A stretch of 63,017 bases of DNA, the filler included, from Octopus bimaculoides (taxonomy: Eukaryota): assembly GCF_001194135.2 (NCBI RefSeq). It is 5 parts of 4 records of this genome, joined end to end, with 100 filler letters (N's around TTAATTAATTAA, not from the genome) between each part and the next. Parts side by side here need not be neighbours in the genome. Positions count along the whole stretch, not along the records: positions 1 to 24,755 come from NC_068983.1; positions 24,856 to 32,536 come from NC_069009.1; 3 more parts are not named here. One strand, given 5' to 3'. The number at the start of each line of letters is the position of its first letter. Positions within the stretch are counted from its first letter, which is position 1. Under the pieces are notes generated by a model. That model did no database searches, had not been told where the DNA came from, and saw nothing but the letters and a program-made list of their open reading frames with translations. The position numbers and the translations under genes were made by a program. Below are positions 13,523 to 27,853 of the stretch, one piece after another.

Positions 13523-14110
13523 GCAATAATAATAAACATGGGTGTTTTGTTCATCATCTGTAAACAAGCCTTATTCAGGGACCTCTTGTGCAAGATGGGC
13601 TACTTGAGCTGAAGAAAATTCTAACTGGGCCCCACCTGCAAGGTCATGCACTGTTTATCTTGATGTAAGATCACCACGTTGCGCACATGTGGTCGTGATG
13701 CATGTGCCTGGTGTATCCTTATCTGATGCGTAGCCGTGATGGATATACTGGGCTTTGTATAATTGTACTCTAGTGTCACTTTGATGGAATGCACTGCTCT
13801 CTCACTCAATAATAATAATAATAAACATGGGTGTTTCGTTTATCATCCTTTAGCAACCCTTATTCAGGGACCTTTTGTGTGAGATGGGCTACTCGACTTC
13901 AAGAAAATTCTAACAAGACCTCACCTGCAATGTCATGCGCTGTTTGTCTTGATATGAGATCACCATGTCGTGCACATATAGTTGTGATGCATATGCCTGG
14001 TGTACACTTATGGGATGGGTAGTCACAATGGGTATACTGGGCTTCATATATTTGTATCCCAGTGTCACTTTGATGGCATGCACTGCTCTCTCATTCAATA
14101 ATAATAATAA
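13461..14110 (+). repeat. Head-to-tail tandem of a ~289-bp unit bounded by (AAT)n (two full units plus a 3' end)
   Basis: aaacatgggtgtt starts at 13534 and 13823; atgcactgct.tctca.tcaataata ends near 13480, 13808 and 14097. Confidence 0.85.
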
Positions 14111-14639
14111 CTATTTCTAACTGTAGCAGAAGGGCATACATTTTTGGATGGAAGAGTAGTGTCAGTTGTAATGATTGCAGTAGATTGAATGTTACCTTAT
14201 TTTATTGATCCTGGAAAAATGGAAATAAACTCTGCTTTGGTGGGATTTTAACAGAGACAGCAATGCCACTAAACATCATAACACACTGTGGTTAGTGTTA
14301 GGAAGGGCATCCAGCTGCAGAAACTTTGCCAGATCAGATTGGAGCTTGGTGCAGCCTTCTAGCTCGCCAGCCCACAGTCAAACTGTCCAACCCATGGAAA
14401 GCAGGACGTTAAACACCGATGAAGATGATTGTGTCATTGCAAATAAGTTATAAATCCTTTAACTCAGATCTGGTAATTTAAACAAATATGTCACTTTGAC
14501 TTCACTTCTGTTCTTTACCGCATATCTAATTGGATTATCTTTGTTATTGCAATAATCACTAACCTCCATTTGTTTTTGTATTGTTTGCAGTATGTATGTA
14601 TAAACACGTTTGTCTGTGTCAATATGTTCTAGGGTAATG

Positions 14640-15610
<971 letters not shown>

Positions 15611-17086
15611 TTCATTTGGTGTTTCAATAATTTTATATTCAGCATGTAAAACTTGTTTTTTTAAACAATCTTTGTGATTTTTACTTATTGCTATTATCAA
15701 TTTGTTTTCAATATGGATTCATTTGTCATCTATGGCTATATCAACTTGCAGTGTAAACTCTGTATATATATATTAGCTTGTATGATTATTTGTTTGTATC
15801 TTAGTCTACATATGCTTCTGTGTTATACACCATCTATTGTTATTTTTATATTTTTCTTTCCGTGGCTCCTACATTAATCTTAATATAGTGTCTGGTTTAA
15901 AGTGCCTAACTTAATATTATCATTATTGATATTGGTGGTAGTAGTAGTAGTAGTGGTAGTAGTAGCAGCAGCAGCAGCAGCAGCAGCATTGCTATTATTG
16001 TTATCATTTTTGTTTTTATTTTCTATTTTTACCGAACTTTTTATCAGAATGCTACCTTTTCTTTTGAACACAAATGTTTGGAATGCAGGAATTAGACGTC
16101 TACATGAAAAGCTTTATGTATTCATTGCTTGGGTGACTTGCATTGCAAAGGATGTAGTAGTATATTACACTGCTTTATATTTTTTTTATTTATTTATTTA
16201 TTTTTTTTTTTTAGACTCTTATCTCCATCACCTTGTTCTCTTTCATCTATTTATCCAGCAATTTCTATTTTCCATGTTAACAATCAAGTGAAAGTAAATA
16301 CGAAGGAAATGATTGTCTGGCTCAACTAGTTTATTTGTGACTTCCAACAGATGCTGATTCAGCTTATGGAGGAGTGTTCAGCTAGAAAACTGCTCTAAAG
16401 AAAACAAACAAACACTATAAGTAAAACTGTTAAATATGCACCATATCAAAAGCAAAATGAACAATGATGAGTTTCAAGGAAAATACTTTAGAGACTGATT
16501 AGAAAGAAATAAACAAAAACCTCCCATTAAAATGATTGTTAGATTAATTAAGGTGAAAACTCGCTTTGATGGAATGTTATATTTCATCTATTCAGATACC
16601 AAATTCTGTGATCTCTGTCGAAATCTGTGTTATATTGATTGATTTTTTAGATAGCGAAACAGCTGTAGAAGTTTTCCCATAATTTACATTTGTTTACTTT
16701 TAATTCAATTTAATTCAAAATTAAGTGGAACAAGATTGCCATTCCCTTGCAGGACAGACAGACAAGACTGAATTCTTCGATAGTTTAAAGTGGGCACACA
16801 CAACTCAGTGTTAAAATCATGCTAAAATTAACTTGACTTTTGGTACTTAAAACAGTTAATATTATAACTACCTATTTTTTTCTTTTACTTGTTTCACTCA
16901 TTTGATTGTGACCATGCTGGAGCAGCGCCTTTAGACTTATTCTTTGTGAGCCTAGTACTTATCCTATTGGTCTCTTTTGCCGAACCGCTAAGTTACGAGG
17001 ACATAAACACACGAGCATTGGTTGTTAAGTGATGTGGGGGGGGGGACACATTGACATGCAAACATACATGCACACACACACATGCA

Positions 17087-17157
<71 letters not shown>

Positions 17158-17839
17158 CGGGCTTCTTTTAGTTTCTGTCTACCAAATCCACTCACAAAGC
17201 TTTGGTCAGCCCGAGGCTATTGTACTTATTTTATCAACCCTGAAGGAATGAAATACCAAAATTGACCTTGGTAGAATTTGAACTCAGAATGTAAAGACAG
17301 ACAAAATGCCGCTAAGCCATTGGCTGAGCATGCTATCAATTCTACCAGCTCGCTGCTTTATCATACAACATAATAATGATGGAAGTACAAAGGTGGAAGT
17401 TTAAGTTTTTGTTTTTTCCGTTTTCATATTTCTGTCCTTTCTTTTTCCTCACAAAGTTTTGTTATGGTCTTTCTTTAGGTCTTCATGGTTTGGAACAATA
17501 AGTACTAGTTTGACTAAGTAGGTTAGTGTGGAACTGACAAGACAATTGATGTAGCAGTTAAATGTGTTGTAATTGCTGCAAATTCCGGTCCTAACTCGAG
17601 CAGTTACTCAATAACTTAGCTGCAATAAACTTGCTCTCCAAGACGGAAAAAAAAAACTTTAGTTCTTTACAGCATTGACATTTATAGTAAGGAAATAAAA
17701 GGAAAGTGAAAAAAAATGAAAATGTCATTCATTCTGAAAGAGAAAATTGAATTCAAGGAAATATGGAAATATTTAAGAACTTTACAAAATTAAATTGTCA
17801 TTAGATTAAGTAATTGAGTTTTTGCTGTCAAGTCTATAG

Positions 17840-17872
17840 CAATGACATTGAAGATTTGTCTTTGCATTACAA
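17840..17872 (+). CDS. Candidate 33-nt frame-preserving exon (NDIEDLSLHY) before the SH2 exon
   Basis: tttttgctgtcaagtctatAG acceptor, AA|GTAACT donor, phase 2/2; the join gives ...DLSLHYNWYFGK. Confidence 0.35.
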
Positions 17873-20005
17873 GTAACTTTAGAAAATGGTATAACACTAG
17901 GCAAAGCGTTTAGCTGATTCACGCTTCTGTAACTTCAGAACTATGTTCAAATCCCACCAGATCTAACTCGATACTTATCTTCAACTGTTTCTAAATTCTG
18001 ATGCGGATTATGACCGAAACAATATCTGTTTTTTGTGAAGTACTGTGTAGCTGGTCTGTGTGCATTAAATTATCTGTTTAATTCATATTTATATCTGGCT
18101 TTTCAGGATAGAAATATTCCTTTTTGATATTGAACCTATGTACACCTACATAACATTGTGTGTGTGTGATGGGGGAGGGCTAAGGGCATGCATCACATCC
18201 CGACAACATGGTTTTCGGTTCACTCTCACTGTGTGGCATCTTGGGCAAGTGTATTCTATTTAGCACCAAACTGGCCAAAGCCTTGTGAGTAGATTTGCTA
18301 GATAGAAAGTGAAAGTAGCTCATCGTGTGTCTGTGCGTGTCTGTTTGTGCCTCCCTCTCTTGACATCACATGGCACTTGTAAACAAGTGCTACCCTCATA
18401 CAAGTGATGTCATTCATTTTCAGTCTTCCATAAAAAACATGTCTCACCATGGGAAAATATTGCCTTGTTTGGTAACAGTAAGAGCATCCAGCTATAGAAA
18501 ATCTGCCTCAAATTCTATCTAATACACGCAAGCTTAGAAAATAGATGTTAAAATATATATTATTTCTCTGCATATGAGCATGTATGTACAAATGTATCCA
18601 AATGTTTATATTTACATATTTTTCCAACTACTATTATAATAATTGGGGATTACCATCTGTAAATTATAAATTTTAATCTTATCTTAATAATTAAAAGAAT
18701 ACTCGATCTGAAATTATTTCATCTATTACTGATCTGCAAAAAAAAAAAAAAAGAGAGAGAAAGAAAGAAAATAAATGATGTTAGTATTACTCACCTTTGC
18801 TGAGAGATCTTTCTTTAAATGCACCTGCTGCTAAGGAATAATCAACCAAACATAGAAATAGAAGGATTTAAATGATTTCATCTGAAGCTGAATCTACACA
18901 CTACAGCTTATCTATAGAGAGCATTGCTAATTTTTTCTTTCATAATGTCTCTTATATTTCATGTATATAATTAGAGAAAGAAATTATTTTTAAATGTCAG
19001 AAAGTTATTCCAACAAATTCACAGTATGTTTCTGAGAAAAGCATCTTTCTAAACATGTTTTGACATTTTCTTAAATTAGATTTTTTTTTAAAGTAGTTTT
19101 TTTTCTTTTTAATTTGATATGGTCATTTTTAGTTTATTACTAAAATAATGAATAAATTAAGAATTTTGGACTTGTGGAGATTGTTTTCATAACGCCATTT
19201 TGTATGAAGGTTGAGCGACATGAAAATAAATTGAACGTGTGTGTGTGTGTGTGTGTAGGGAAAATTTCCTTTGATATATTTTACCATAATTTGAATCTAA
19301 GGACTTCACTTAGTACACTTGGTTTAGTTGTATCTGTCAAAAATTGATAGAAACTACCTTCAACGTTATAATCTTATAAAAAAAACAATTGGAACTTCTA
19401 ATGATGCATAAACATTTAGAAATTCATATAGCCCTGACCATTTGTCATTCAGCAAGATGGCCAAATTGATGGCATACCTTTGAGACAGGTTGGTAGTTTG
19501 CATGCTGTAACATTTTCACTATGGTGTATCAGTGGTCAGAATATTTAGCTCTTTTACTAACTCTAGATTATTTTTTTTAAATATCAGGTATGACTGTTTG
19601 GTAAGAAGCATGCTTCCTAATCACATGGTTCTGGGTTTCAGAACTATATGGCACTTTGGACAAGTGTCTCCTACTCTAACCCCAGACCAACAAAAGCCTT
19701 GTGAGTGGATTTGGTAGCTGTAAACTGAAAGAACTTGTTGTATATATATATATAAGTCTGGAATTTTGGGGATAGGGCCTAGCCGATTACATCAACCCCA
19801 AAGGGGTAAAAGGTAAAGTCGACCTTGGTGGAATTTGAATTCAGAAACAATGTACAATAATAATGCAATGTAAGATAATGAAAAAAGCCAGGTGAATTAA
19901 GCAGCAGAAGATGGGTGGGGATGGACATAATAATTAACCTGAAATGTTAACAGAGAAAAATTATGCATTTTTATTTACATTTCTTTTCTCTTTTTTTATT
20001 TGCAG

Positions 20006-20109
20006 TTGGTATTTTGGAAAAGTGAGTCGGAATGCTTCTGAAGAATGGCTTCTACATCCTGGTCTTCAGAAAGGCTCTTTTCTTATTCGCCAAGGAGAGG
20101 CTCTTCCAG
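20006..20109 (+). CDS. Exon encoding the N-terminal half of a Src-family-like SH2 domain (WYFGKVSRNASEEWLLHPGLQKGSFLIRQGEALP)
   Basis: Pyrimidine tract + tgcAG at 20004-20005; donor G|GTAACT at 20110; 104 nt, phase 2 in and phase 1 out. WYFG motif, alphaA Arg and FLIR (FLVR) motif present. This frame is not in the ORF track. Confidence 0.9.
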
Positions 20110-20632
20110 GTAACTAATTTGTTGTCATTTTTCTGTGCCTTATCTGAGTTTGTAATTGTTTGTTTCCCCAGCAATTTCAAGAATCTCCATCTAATTGTGG
20201 AATTTCAAATTAGTTTCCATAATAGAATTGCGTGTTTTGGTTCATGATTGGATCATTTGATGAATTGTAATCTTATTGATCTGAGGTTAAATTTGTCTTT
20301 AAGATTTCTACATGTATTTTACCAGTTTTGTATGAGAAATGTTTAAGCTAAAAATTAACTGCAATTTAAGACATTTCATTAAAATAATCACTCAGTTTAA
20401 TTATACATTGTGAACCTCAGCCAAGTATTCTAGTATTGTCGAAATATAATAGCAGAGTTGTCTTTTGTATTTCATTTGTCTCAGTCATTGCACTGTGGCC
20501 ATGCTGGAGCTCTACCTTGAAAGGTTTAGTCAAGGAGATCAACTCCAACATTTATTTTAAAATCTGGTATTTGTTCTGTTATTCTCTTTTGCCAAATTTC
20601 AAAGTTACTGGGACATACACAAACCAACACCA

Positions 20633-20676
<44 letters not shown>

Positions 20677-20747
20677 TATGTGTATGTGTATAAATATATA
20701 TATTTNNNNNNNNNNAAAGTTACTGGGACATACACAAACCAACACCA

Positions 20748-20791
<44 letters not shown>

Positions 20792-20817
20792 TATGTGTAT
20801 GTGTATAAATATATATA

Positions 20818-20856
<39 letters not shown>

Positions 20857-20858
20857 GT

Positions 20859-21625
20859 ATGCAGGGTGTGATGGGTAAAATTTTGCCATTTTATATTTTT
20901 AATTTTGCACATGTACATTGCTTGTTTTTGATTTTGTCAACTACACAGTATAGTAGGGTCAGTCGGGCACCGTTTGTGACAAAAACAGCACCATGGCGCA
21001 ATTCACTTTGCCAGAAATTTGGAAACGACATGCTGTACTGCTTGGCATTTGCACCAGAAGCTCCAATATGAACATTTGAAAGTGTTTGGGTATCAATCTG
21101 AGGACAGTGCAGAGGATTCAGAAAGAGTTGGATGAGTCAAATGATGATTACAAAGGTATGGTAGCTCTGATAAGAAAAGAACTTCTGGATTTGTTGGTGA
21201 GATCCAGGCCACGGTTGATAACAATCCCTCCAAGTCAATCAAGTCCATCACCAGGGACATGGGAGTAGTTTCTCATCAAGCAGGTAGTGCATGAAGACAT
21301 TCAGTATTTCTCATACAAGGTGAGAAAGGGCCAGTTTTTATCCCAAGCCATCAAGGACAAGAGGAAAGACCATACTATGAAGCTTTTGAACAAACTCAAG
21401 CATCAGAACATGCTTTGGTTTTTCTCCAACAAGAAAGAGTTCTGCCAGGATCAGATGGTGAACACACAGAACAATCACTGGCTTGCCGTGTCCCCAAAAC
21501 ATGTACCGAGAGTAATAAAAATCAAGCACCCAGTCAACATCACGGTACTTGGAGTGATCACTAGTAATGGCAACATTATGCCTCCAGTCATCTTCCCACA
21601 TGGCCTCAGACTCAACACAGAGCAA
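20859..21625 (+). mobile_element. Decayed Tc1/mariner-superfamily (maT/DD37D-like) transposon
   Basis: TATGCAGGGTG terminus; HTH-like LGINLRTVQRI; WFFSNKKEF..D..VNTQNNHW and KHPVNITVLGVITSNGNIMPP motifs. First catalytic Asp reads N; stops, frameshifts and 3' truncation. Confidence 0.75.
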
Positions 21626-24474
21626 GACACTCTATTTCATGTTGCTCCAGTTCACTCAGCTGTAGAAATGAATTGTGACATCACTGGCACCAAGCTGTAT
21701 CGGCCTTTGCCTTTCCCTTGGATAACATTGAATGCACAAAGAGGGGAGGTTTGTATCCATGGGCGACTGCTGGTCTTCCATAAACANNNNNNNNNNNNNN
21801 NNNNNNNNNNNNNNNNNNNNNNNNNNNNNNNNNNNNNNNNNNNNNNNNNNNNNNNNNNNNNNNNNNNNNNNNNNNNNNNNNNNNNNNNNNNNNNNNNNNN
21901 NNNNNNNNNNNNNNNNNNNNNNNNNNNNNNNNNNNNNNNNNNNNNNNNNNNNNNNNNNGGGTGGGGGGGGGGTCTTTAACCCTATTTTTAATTATGGTTA
22001 TGATGTTGTTTATGATTAATGGTGATGATGATGAGGACAAGGAAGAGAGAAATTTTTTTTTACTTAGTGCCAGCCGATTTCTAGGAATATTTTCAAGTTA
22101 ACAGAATTGATAAAAAAAAAAAAACAAGTAGTAAAATGCCTCAACAAAAAAAAAAGAGAAAAATAAAAATGGTAAAAGAGAGTATTGCTCACAGAATGTT
22201 AAATGGTATGAAACCACAGAACTTTATGTTGAGATATATGTAAGAGACACCAGTGTGTGTGTGTGTGAAGATATTTCCGAACAATTTACACAGCAAAGTA
22301 CAATAACCTTTACTCTGGATCCATTCAGCTCACACTGTACCCATGTCATCAAATGTTAATATATTATTTCTCTTTTAATACTGATGATGATGATACCGTT
22401 TCTCTTTCTCTCTTTTATTTTTGCAATCTTCCTACCACCACCACCACTGCTACTACATGTGATCTCCTAGTTGTAACTATGGGTGCAACGTATAAAACTG
22501 ACTCTCACAATTATTATTGCAATGTATTGTCAGTAGTCGCTGACAGCAGGTAATGGTAAAATTGGGACACTTTGCGCATCCTGTTGTTAGCTTTTCCCCT
22601 TGTCACTAATGATTATTTATACAAACACACACACACACACATGTACACACTCACATACATACATTTTAAATGCATACATACACACACACAACATACATCC
22701 ATACATGTACATACATGTCTACATACATACACTTACATATGTACATTCATGCGTACGTGCCACCATATGTGTGCACACACATACATACACACACACACAC
22801 ACACACACCCAGAGGCATGCACACTCGGGCAAGATAGTTTCGGTTCTAATAACACTGATAGTCTCCAACAAATTGTTTTTTCTGACTTCCTTTCAACATA
22901 TGAAAATCTACCAGCTATATACAAACAACAATAAACATTTTGCTTTTTTTTCATGTTTTTTTTTTTTGAAAATTCACTGGCGCATCACATACACACACAC
23001 CATGGCTTTCCTTAGTTTCATCGTTTAGCTTTTAGACTGAGCCATATCCAGCCTCTCATATCTACCCTGCAATATTCTTTTCTACTTTAGGCACAAGCTC
23101 CAAAATTTTGGGGGAGGGGGCCAGTCGATTAGATTGACCCCAGTATGCAACTGGTACTTAAATTATCAACTCCAAAAGGATGAAAAGCAAAGTTATGATA
23201 ATTTCATGATCATAATATTACTATACATGCACATTATATATATAATACAAATGATAAATGGGTATATGCATATATACATACATGTATGTACATACCTACA
23301 TCTACATGTATATATAGATGCATATCTGGGTACAGGACATTAAAAACAAAACAGACAAAATGAGGAACAGAGTACAGAAAACACACAGGCCACATAGAGA
23401 ACATTTCCTTCATCAGCTGCCACCATTCTAAAACTAAGCATTTCGAAGAGATATATATAATATATGTATCAGGATAAAAGGATAAAATCTATACAAGATT
23501 TATCAAGTAGTCAGCGTGGAAAACCAACTGAGGAAAAAATTAATACAAAGTATATAATTTTTTTCTTAAATATAAAATATATTACTATATCATAGGCTAT
23601 TACTATAAGTAACGCCTCACGCTCTAAAGGGACTCTAAAGTCAAACTACTTCAATAAATATACACAGGCACCGAAATTGTGGGAATGAACCTAGAAGAAG
23701 TTCCATTAAAAAAAGGTTTAGTTGTATATAATTAATGATTTCATGGTCAGCATGTATAATATTCTTTCCAGTCATCAATACGAACATAACCAGAAAATAT
23801 AAATACAAACATCTTTACATACCAAGCAAACGACAATAATGAGACCATAACTGTGGCCTATGTCAGTGCAGCATAACTGGCCCATTTAAGAGGATCCTTC
23901 AATCATTGGACAATAAACTGCACTTGCGAAGACCTGTTGAGGCAAGTGAAATCATTGTTGTGGTTGATGCCAGTACCACCTGATTGGCACTTGCGCCGGT
24001 GGCACATAAAAAGCACCATTTGAGCGTCGTCGATGCCAGTGCTGATTGTTGCTTGTGCCACCTGACTGGCTCCCATGCCGGTGGCACGTAAAAAGTGCCA
24101 TTCAAGTGTGGTCAATGCCAGTACTGGCATGACTGGCCCTTTGCTGATGGCATGTAAAAAGCACCGACTACACTCTCGGAGTGGTTGGCGTTAGGAAGGG
24201 CATCCAGCTGTAGAAACTTTGCCACATTGGATTGGTGCCCAGGGCAGCCTTCTGGCTTGCCAGCCCTCCGTCAAACCGTCCACCCATGCCAGCATGGAAA
24301 GTGGATGTTAAACGATGATGATGATATATATATCTTCGGTCTGACATTAGCAATGCCAACCTTTCTATGACACCCTCTTCTCCTGCTTGACAATGTCACA
24401 TCAGGTTTCAGTAACCTTTTCCTTCAGTAATAGATTAGTTATTCATTTAATTATTAAAGGTATCTTCCATCCTC

Positions 24475-24713
24475 GTTACCACCACCACCACCACTACAAA
24501 CACCATCAACTCCACCACCACCACCACCACCATCATCATCATTGTCATCACCAACACCACTACTATGAACATCACCACCACCACCAACATCATCATCACC
24601 TCCATCATCATCATCATCGTCTAGTCTTTAATGCTGAAGTCTTACTCATCCATTTTATGCGCAAGATTCATTGGATGATATAACTTTGATGTAATCCACC
24701 CCAGCTGCTATTT

Positions 24714-24755
<42 letters not shown>

Positions 24756-24855
24756 NNNNNNNNNNNNNNNNNNNNNNNNNNNNNNNNNNNNNNNNNNNNT
24801 TAATTAATTAANNNNNNNNNNNNNNNNNNNNNNNNNNNNNNNNNNNNNNNNNNNN

Positions 24856-24907
<52 letters not shown>

Positions 24908-25260
24908 TCATATATATATTCATATATATATATATATATATATTTACATGACCCTATACATCACCTCTGTCCAATTAGCTGTCAAGAACTGTCATGATGT
25001 CATAGCTTGGAACAAATTTATTAAATAACATGTGGCAGTGGTAGTGTTGGTGGCAGTGACAGTAGCAATGGTAATAATGGTGGTGGTGATGACGCTGGTA
25101 ACAGTGGTGGTGATAGTGCTAATGCTTCTTGTGGTGCTGAGTAGGTGGATAGAGGCGTGTATTAAGAACAGTGCTGTGAATGTTAAAGTTATACAGTTGA
25201 TAGATGTATACAGTAATGTTGTAGTCATAGTGGCAGTGGTGAAAGTAAAGGGGGTGCTAC
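24475..25260. repeat. (CAC/CAT)n, (TA)n and (GTG/GTA)-rich low-complexity tracts
   Basis: Visible directly; source of the poly-His and poly-Val ORFs. Confidence 0.9.
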
Positions 25261-25344
25261 GGCTGCTTTTCATGTTTTAATATTATGTTGTTTTAATAAT
25301 AAATGCTTTGCTTATTGTATTTGTTTTTGTTTTTGTCATTGCAG

Positions 25345-26049
25345 GTTGCTATTCTGACCCGTTCCAAGAAGCAGTACTGTGGCGGCACTTTGATCTCTCC
25401 TCAGTGGGTTCTGACAGCGGCACACTGCATCCGGAAGCGAGGCAAGAAGCGCAAAGTGATTGTGCGTGTCGGAGAGCATGACTTGCGTACTGCAAATAAT
25501 GGTGGCAGAGGTGGCGAGATCAACCTGATCCTGGAGAAAGACTTCCCCCACCCGAAATTCGACTTCCATACCATTTCTAATGACATTGCTCTACTGAAAC
25601 TAAAGAGACCTGTGCGTCAGAGCCACACTGTTGGGTTTGCCTGTCTGCCAGGCAAGAAGCAGGAGCTACGTGCTGACACCATCTGTAACATCATTGGTTG
25701 GGGCAAAGTGAATGGTGCACACCAACATGGTGCCAGGGTCCTCCATGAAGCCGAGGTACCAATCGTAGACCGGAACAGATGCCAGAAAGCATTCACTTAC
25801 CCAATCACTGGCGATCAGATCTGTGCTGGTTTCAAAGAGGGAGGAGTAGACTCATGTGGTGGTGACAGCGGGGGACCATTGATTTGTGCTGTACAAGCAA
25901 ACAGCACCACCCTCTGGTATGTATATGGCATCACCAGTTATGGAGAGGGCTGTGGACAGAAGAGCAAATATGGTGTCTACACAGATGTGCGCAAATATCT
26001 AAAATGGATTTACAGAACAATCGGTAACAACTGTACCAGGCGACCTTAG
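25345..26049 (+). CDS. Terminal exon of an S1A trypsin-like serine protease (almost the whole catalytic domain)
   Basis: TAAHC (His), NDIALLKL (Asp), GDSGGP (Ser); D189 in DSCGGDS, G216 (SYG) and G226 (KYGVY) indicate Arg/Lys specificity. Acceptor ttgcAG at 25343-25344, phase 0 (PWQ|V position); stop TAG 26047-26049. The IVGG exon was not found. Confidence 0.95.
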   Translation, partial: VAILTRSKKQYCGGTLISPQWVLTAAHCIRKRGKKRKVIVRVGEHDLRTANNGGRGGEINLILEKDFPHPKFDFHTISNDIALLKLKRPVRQSHTVGFACLPGKKQELRADTICNIIGWGKVNGAHQHGARVLHEAEVPIVDRNRCQKAFTYPITGDQICAGFKEGGVDSCGGDSGGPLICAVQANSTTLWYVYGITSYGEGCGQKSKYGVYTDVRKYLKWIYRTIGNNCTRRP

Positions 26050-27319
26050 ACATTGGACCCTTAGTGCCCTAGTTTGATAGTCCAGTAGACTGGTAGGGGT
26101 CCAAATAAATGGGGTGAGAAGATGTTGGGTGAAAGACTTTGGGGATCTGTCATTTGTTAAAATGACCTTACATTGAACAGTTAATACATTGGTCTTGTTG
26201 GTCAGCGATCAGCAACAAGCAAACAACATATATATGTATATATACACACACACATACATATATATATATGTATGTGTATATATATATANNNNNNNNNNNN
26301 NNNNNNNNNNNNNNNNNNNNNNNNNNNNNNNNNNNNNNNNNNNNNNNNNNNNNNNNNNNNNNNNNNNNNNNNNNNNNNNNNNNNNNNNNNNNNNNNNNNN
26401 NNNNNNNNNNNNNNNNNNNNNNNNNNNNNNNNNNNNNNNNNNNNNNNNNNNNNNNNNNNNNNNNNNNNNNNNNNNNNNNNNNNNNNNNNNNNNNNNNNNN
26501 NNNNNNNNNNNNNNNNNNNNNNNNNNNNNNNNNNNNNNNNNNNNNNNNNNNNNNNNNNNNNNNNNNNNNNNNNNNNNNNNNNNNNNNNNNNNNNNNNNNN
26601 NNNNNNNNNNNNNNNNNNNNNNNNNNNNNNNNNNNNNNNNNNNNNNNNNNNNNNNNNNNNNNNNNNNNNNNNNNNNNNNNNNNNNNNNNNNNNNNNNNNN
26701 NNNNNNNNNNNNNNNNNNNNNNNNNNNNNNNNNNNNNNNNNNNNNNNNNNNNNNNNNNNNNNNNNNNNNNNNNNNNNNNNNNNNNNNNNNNNNNNNNNNN
26801 NNNNNNNNNNNNNNNNNNNNNNNNNNNNNNNNNNNNNNNNNNNNNNNNNNNNNNNNNNNNNNNNNNNNNNNNNNNNNNNNNNNNNNNNNNNNNNNNNNNN
26901 NNNNNNNNNNNNNNNNNNNNNNNNNNNNNNNNNNNNNNNNNNNNNNNNNNNNNNNNNNNNNNNNNNNNNNNNNNNNNNNNNNNNNNNNNNNNNNNNNNNN
27001 NNNNNNNNNNNNNNNNNNNNNNNNNNNNNNNNNNNNNNNNNNNNNNNNNNNNNNNNNNNNNNNNNNNNNNNNNNNNNNNNNNNNNNNNNNNNNNNNNNNN
27101 NNNNNNNNNNNNNNNNNNNNNNNNNNNNNNNNNNNNNNNNNNNNNNNNNNNNNNNNNNNNNNNNNNNNNNNNNNNNNNNNNNNNNNNNNNNNNNNNNNNN
27201 NNNNNNNNNNNNNNNNNNNNNNNNNNNNNNNNNNNNNNNNNNNNNNNNNNNNNNNNNNNNNNNNNATATATATATATATATATATATATATTGATATATA
27301 TATACATATATATATATAT

Positions 27320-27366
<47 letters not shown>

Positions 27367-27813
27367 TACATACTTTATATATATGTATATATACACACAT
27401 TATATATATATATGTATATATACACACATTTTATATATATATACATATATATACATTTGCAATTCAGGTAGATTTATCACTTTTATGCATGTTTGCTTAA
27501 AGAAACAGCTAGTAACCTGTTCTATTGTTCAATTGTTTGTATTTTCTGGAAGCTGTGTCTGCTAAGGAGAGACTGAGGGAGAGCAAGAGAAAGAGAGCCG
27601 CAAAGAAAGAATGTGTGAGAGATAAGAGGAGGGGAGAGAGAAAGAAAAAGTAAAACACTTCCAATGATAGAAAAGGAAGATTATGATGCTGATGATGGGG
27701 AGAAGGAGGAGGAGAGCTATACAGCTAATTATGCAAATAGACTAAATAAAATATCTTTTGAAAAGTTTATCTCTAAGGATGGCTAGATGCTTAGTTGAAA
27801 TTTTAGGTGTGTG

Positions 27814-27853
<40 letters not shown>

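Noticed and set aside
16349-16423. Acceptor followed by an in-frame KHYK (SH2 betaD-like)
   Set aside because: In-frame stop, and it lies upstream of the WYFG exon, which is the wrong order.
23385-23450. CTGATGA and GAAA motifs on the minus strand
   Set aside because: Order and stems do not assemble into a hammerhead fold.
24800-24812. TTAATTAATTAA islands flanked by N runs (also about 32581, 48908, 52834)
   Set aside because: Identical 12-mer in N padding with stops in all six frames; an assembly spacer, not biology.
24387-25280. Poly-His and poly-Val/Thr ORFs upstream of the protease exon
   Set aside because: Trinucleotide low-complexity tracts without splice or domain support; their mutual complementarity is trivial.
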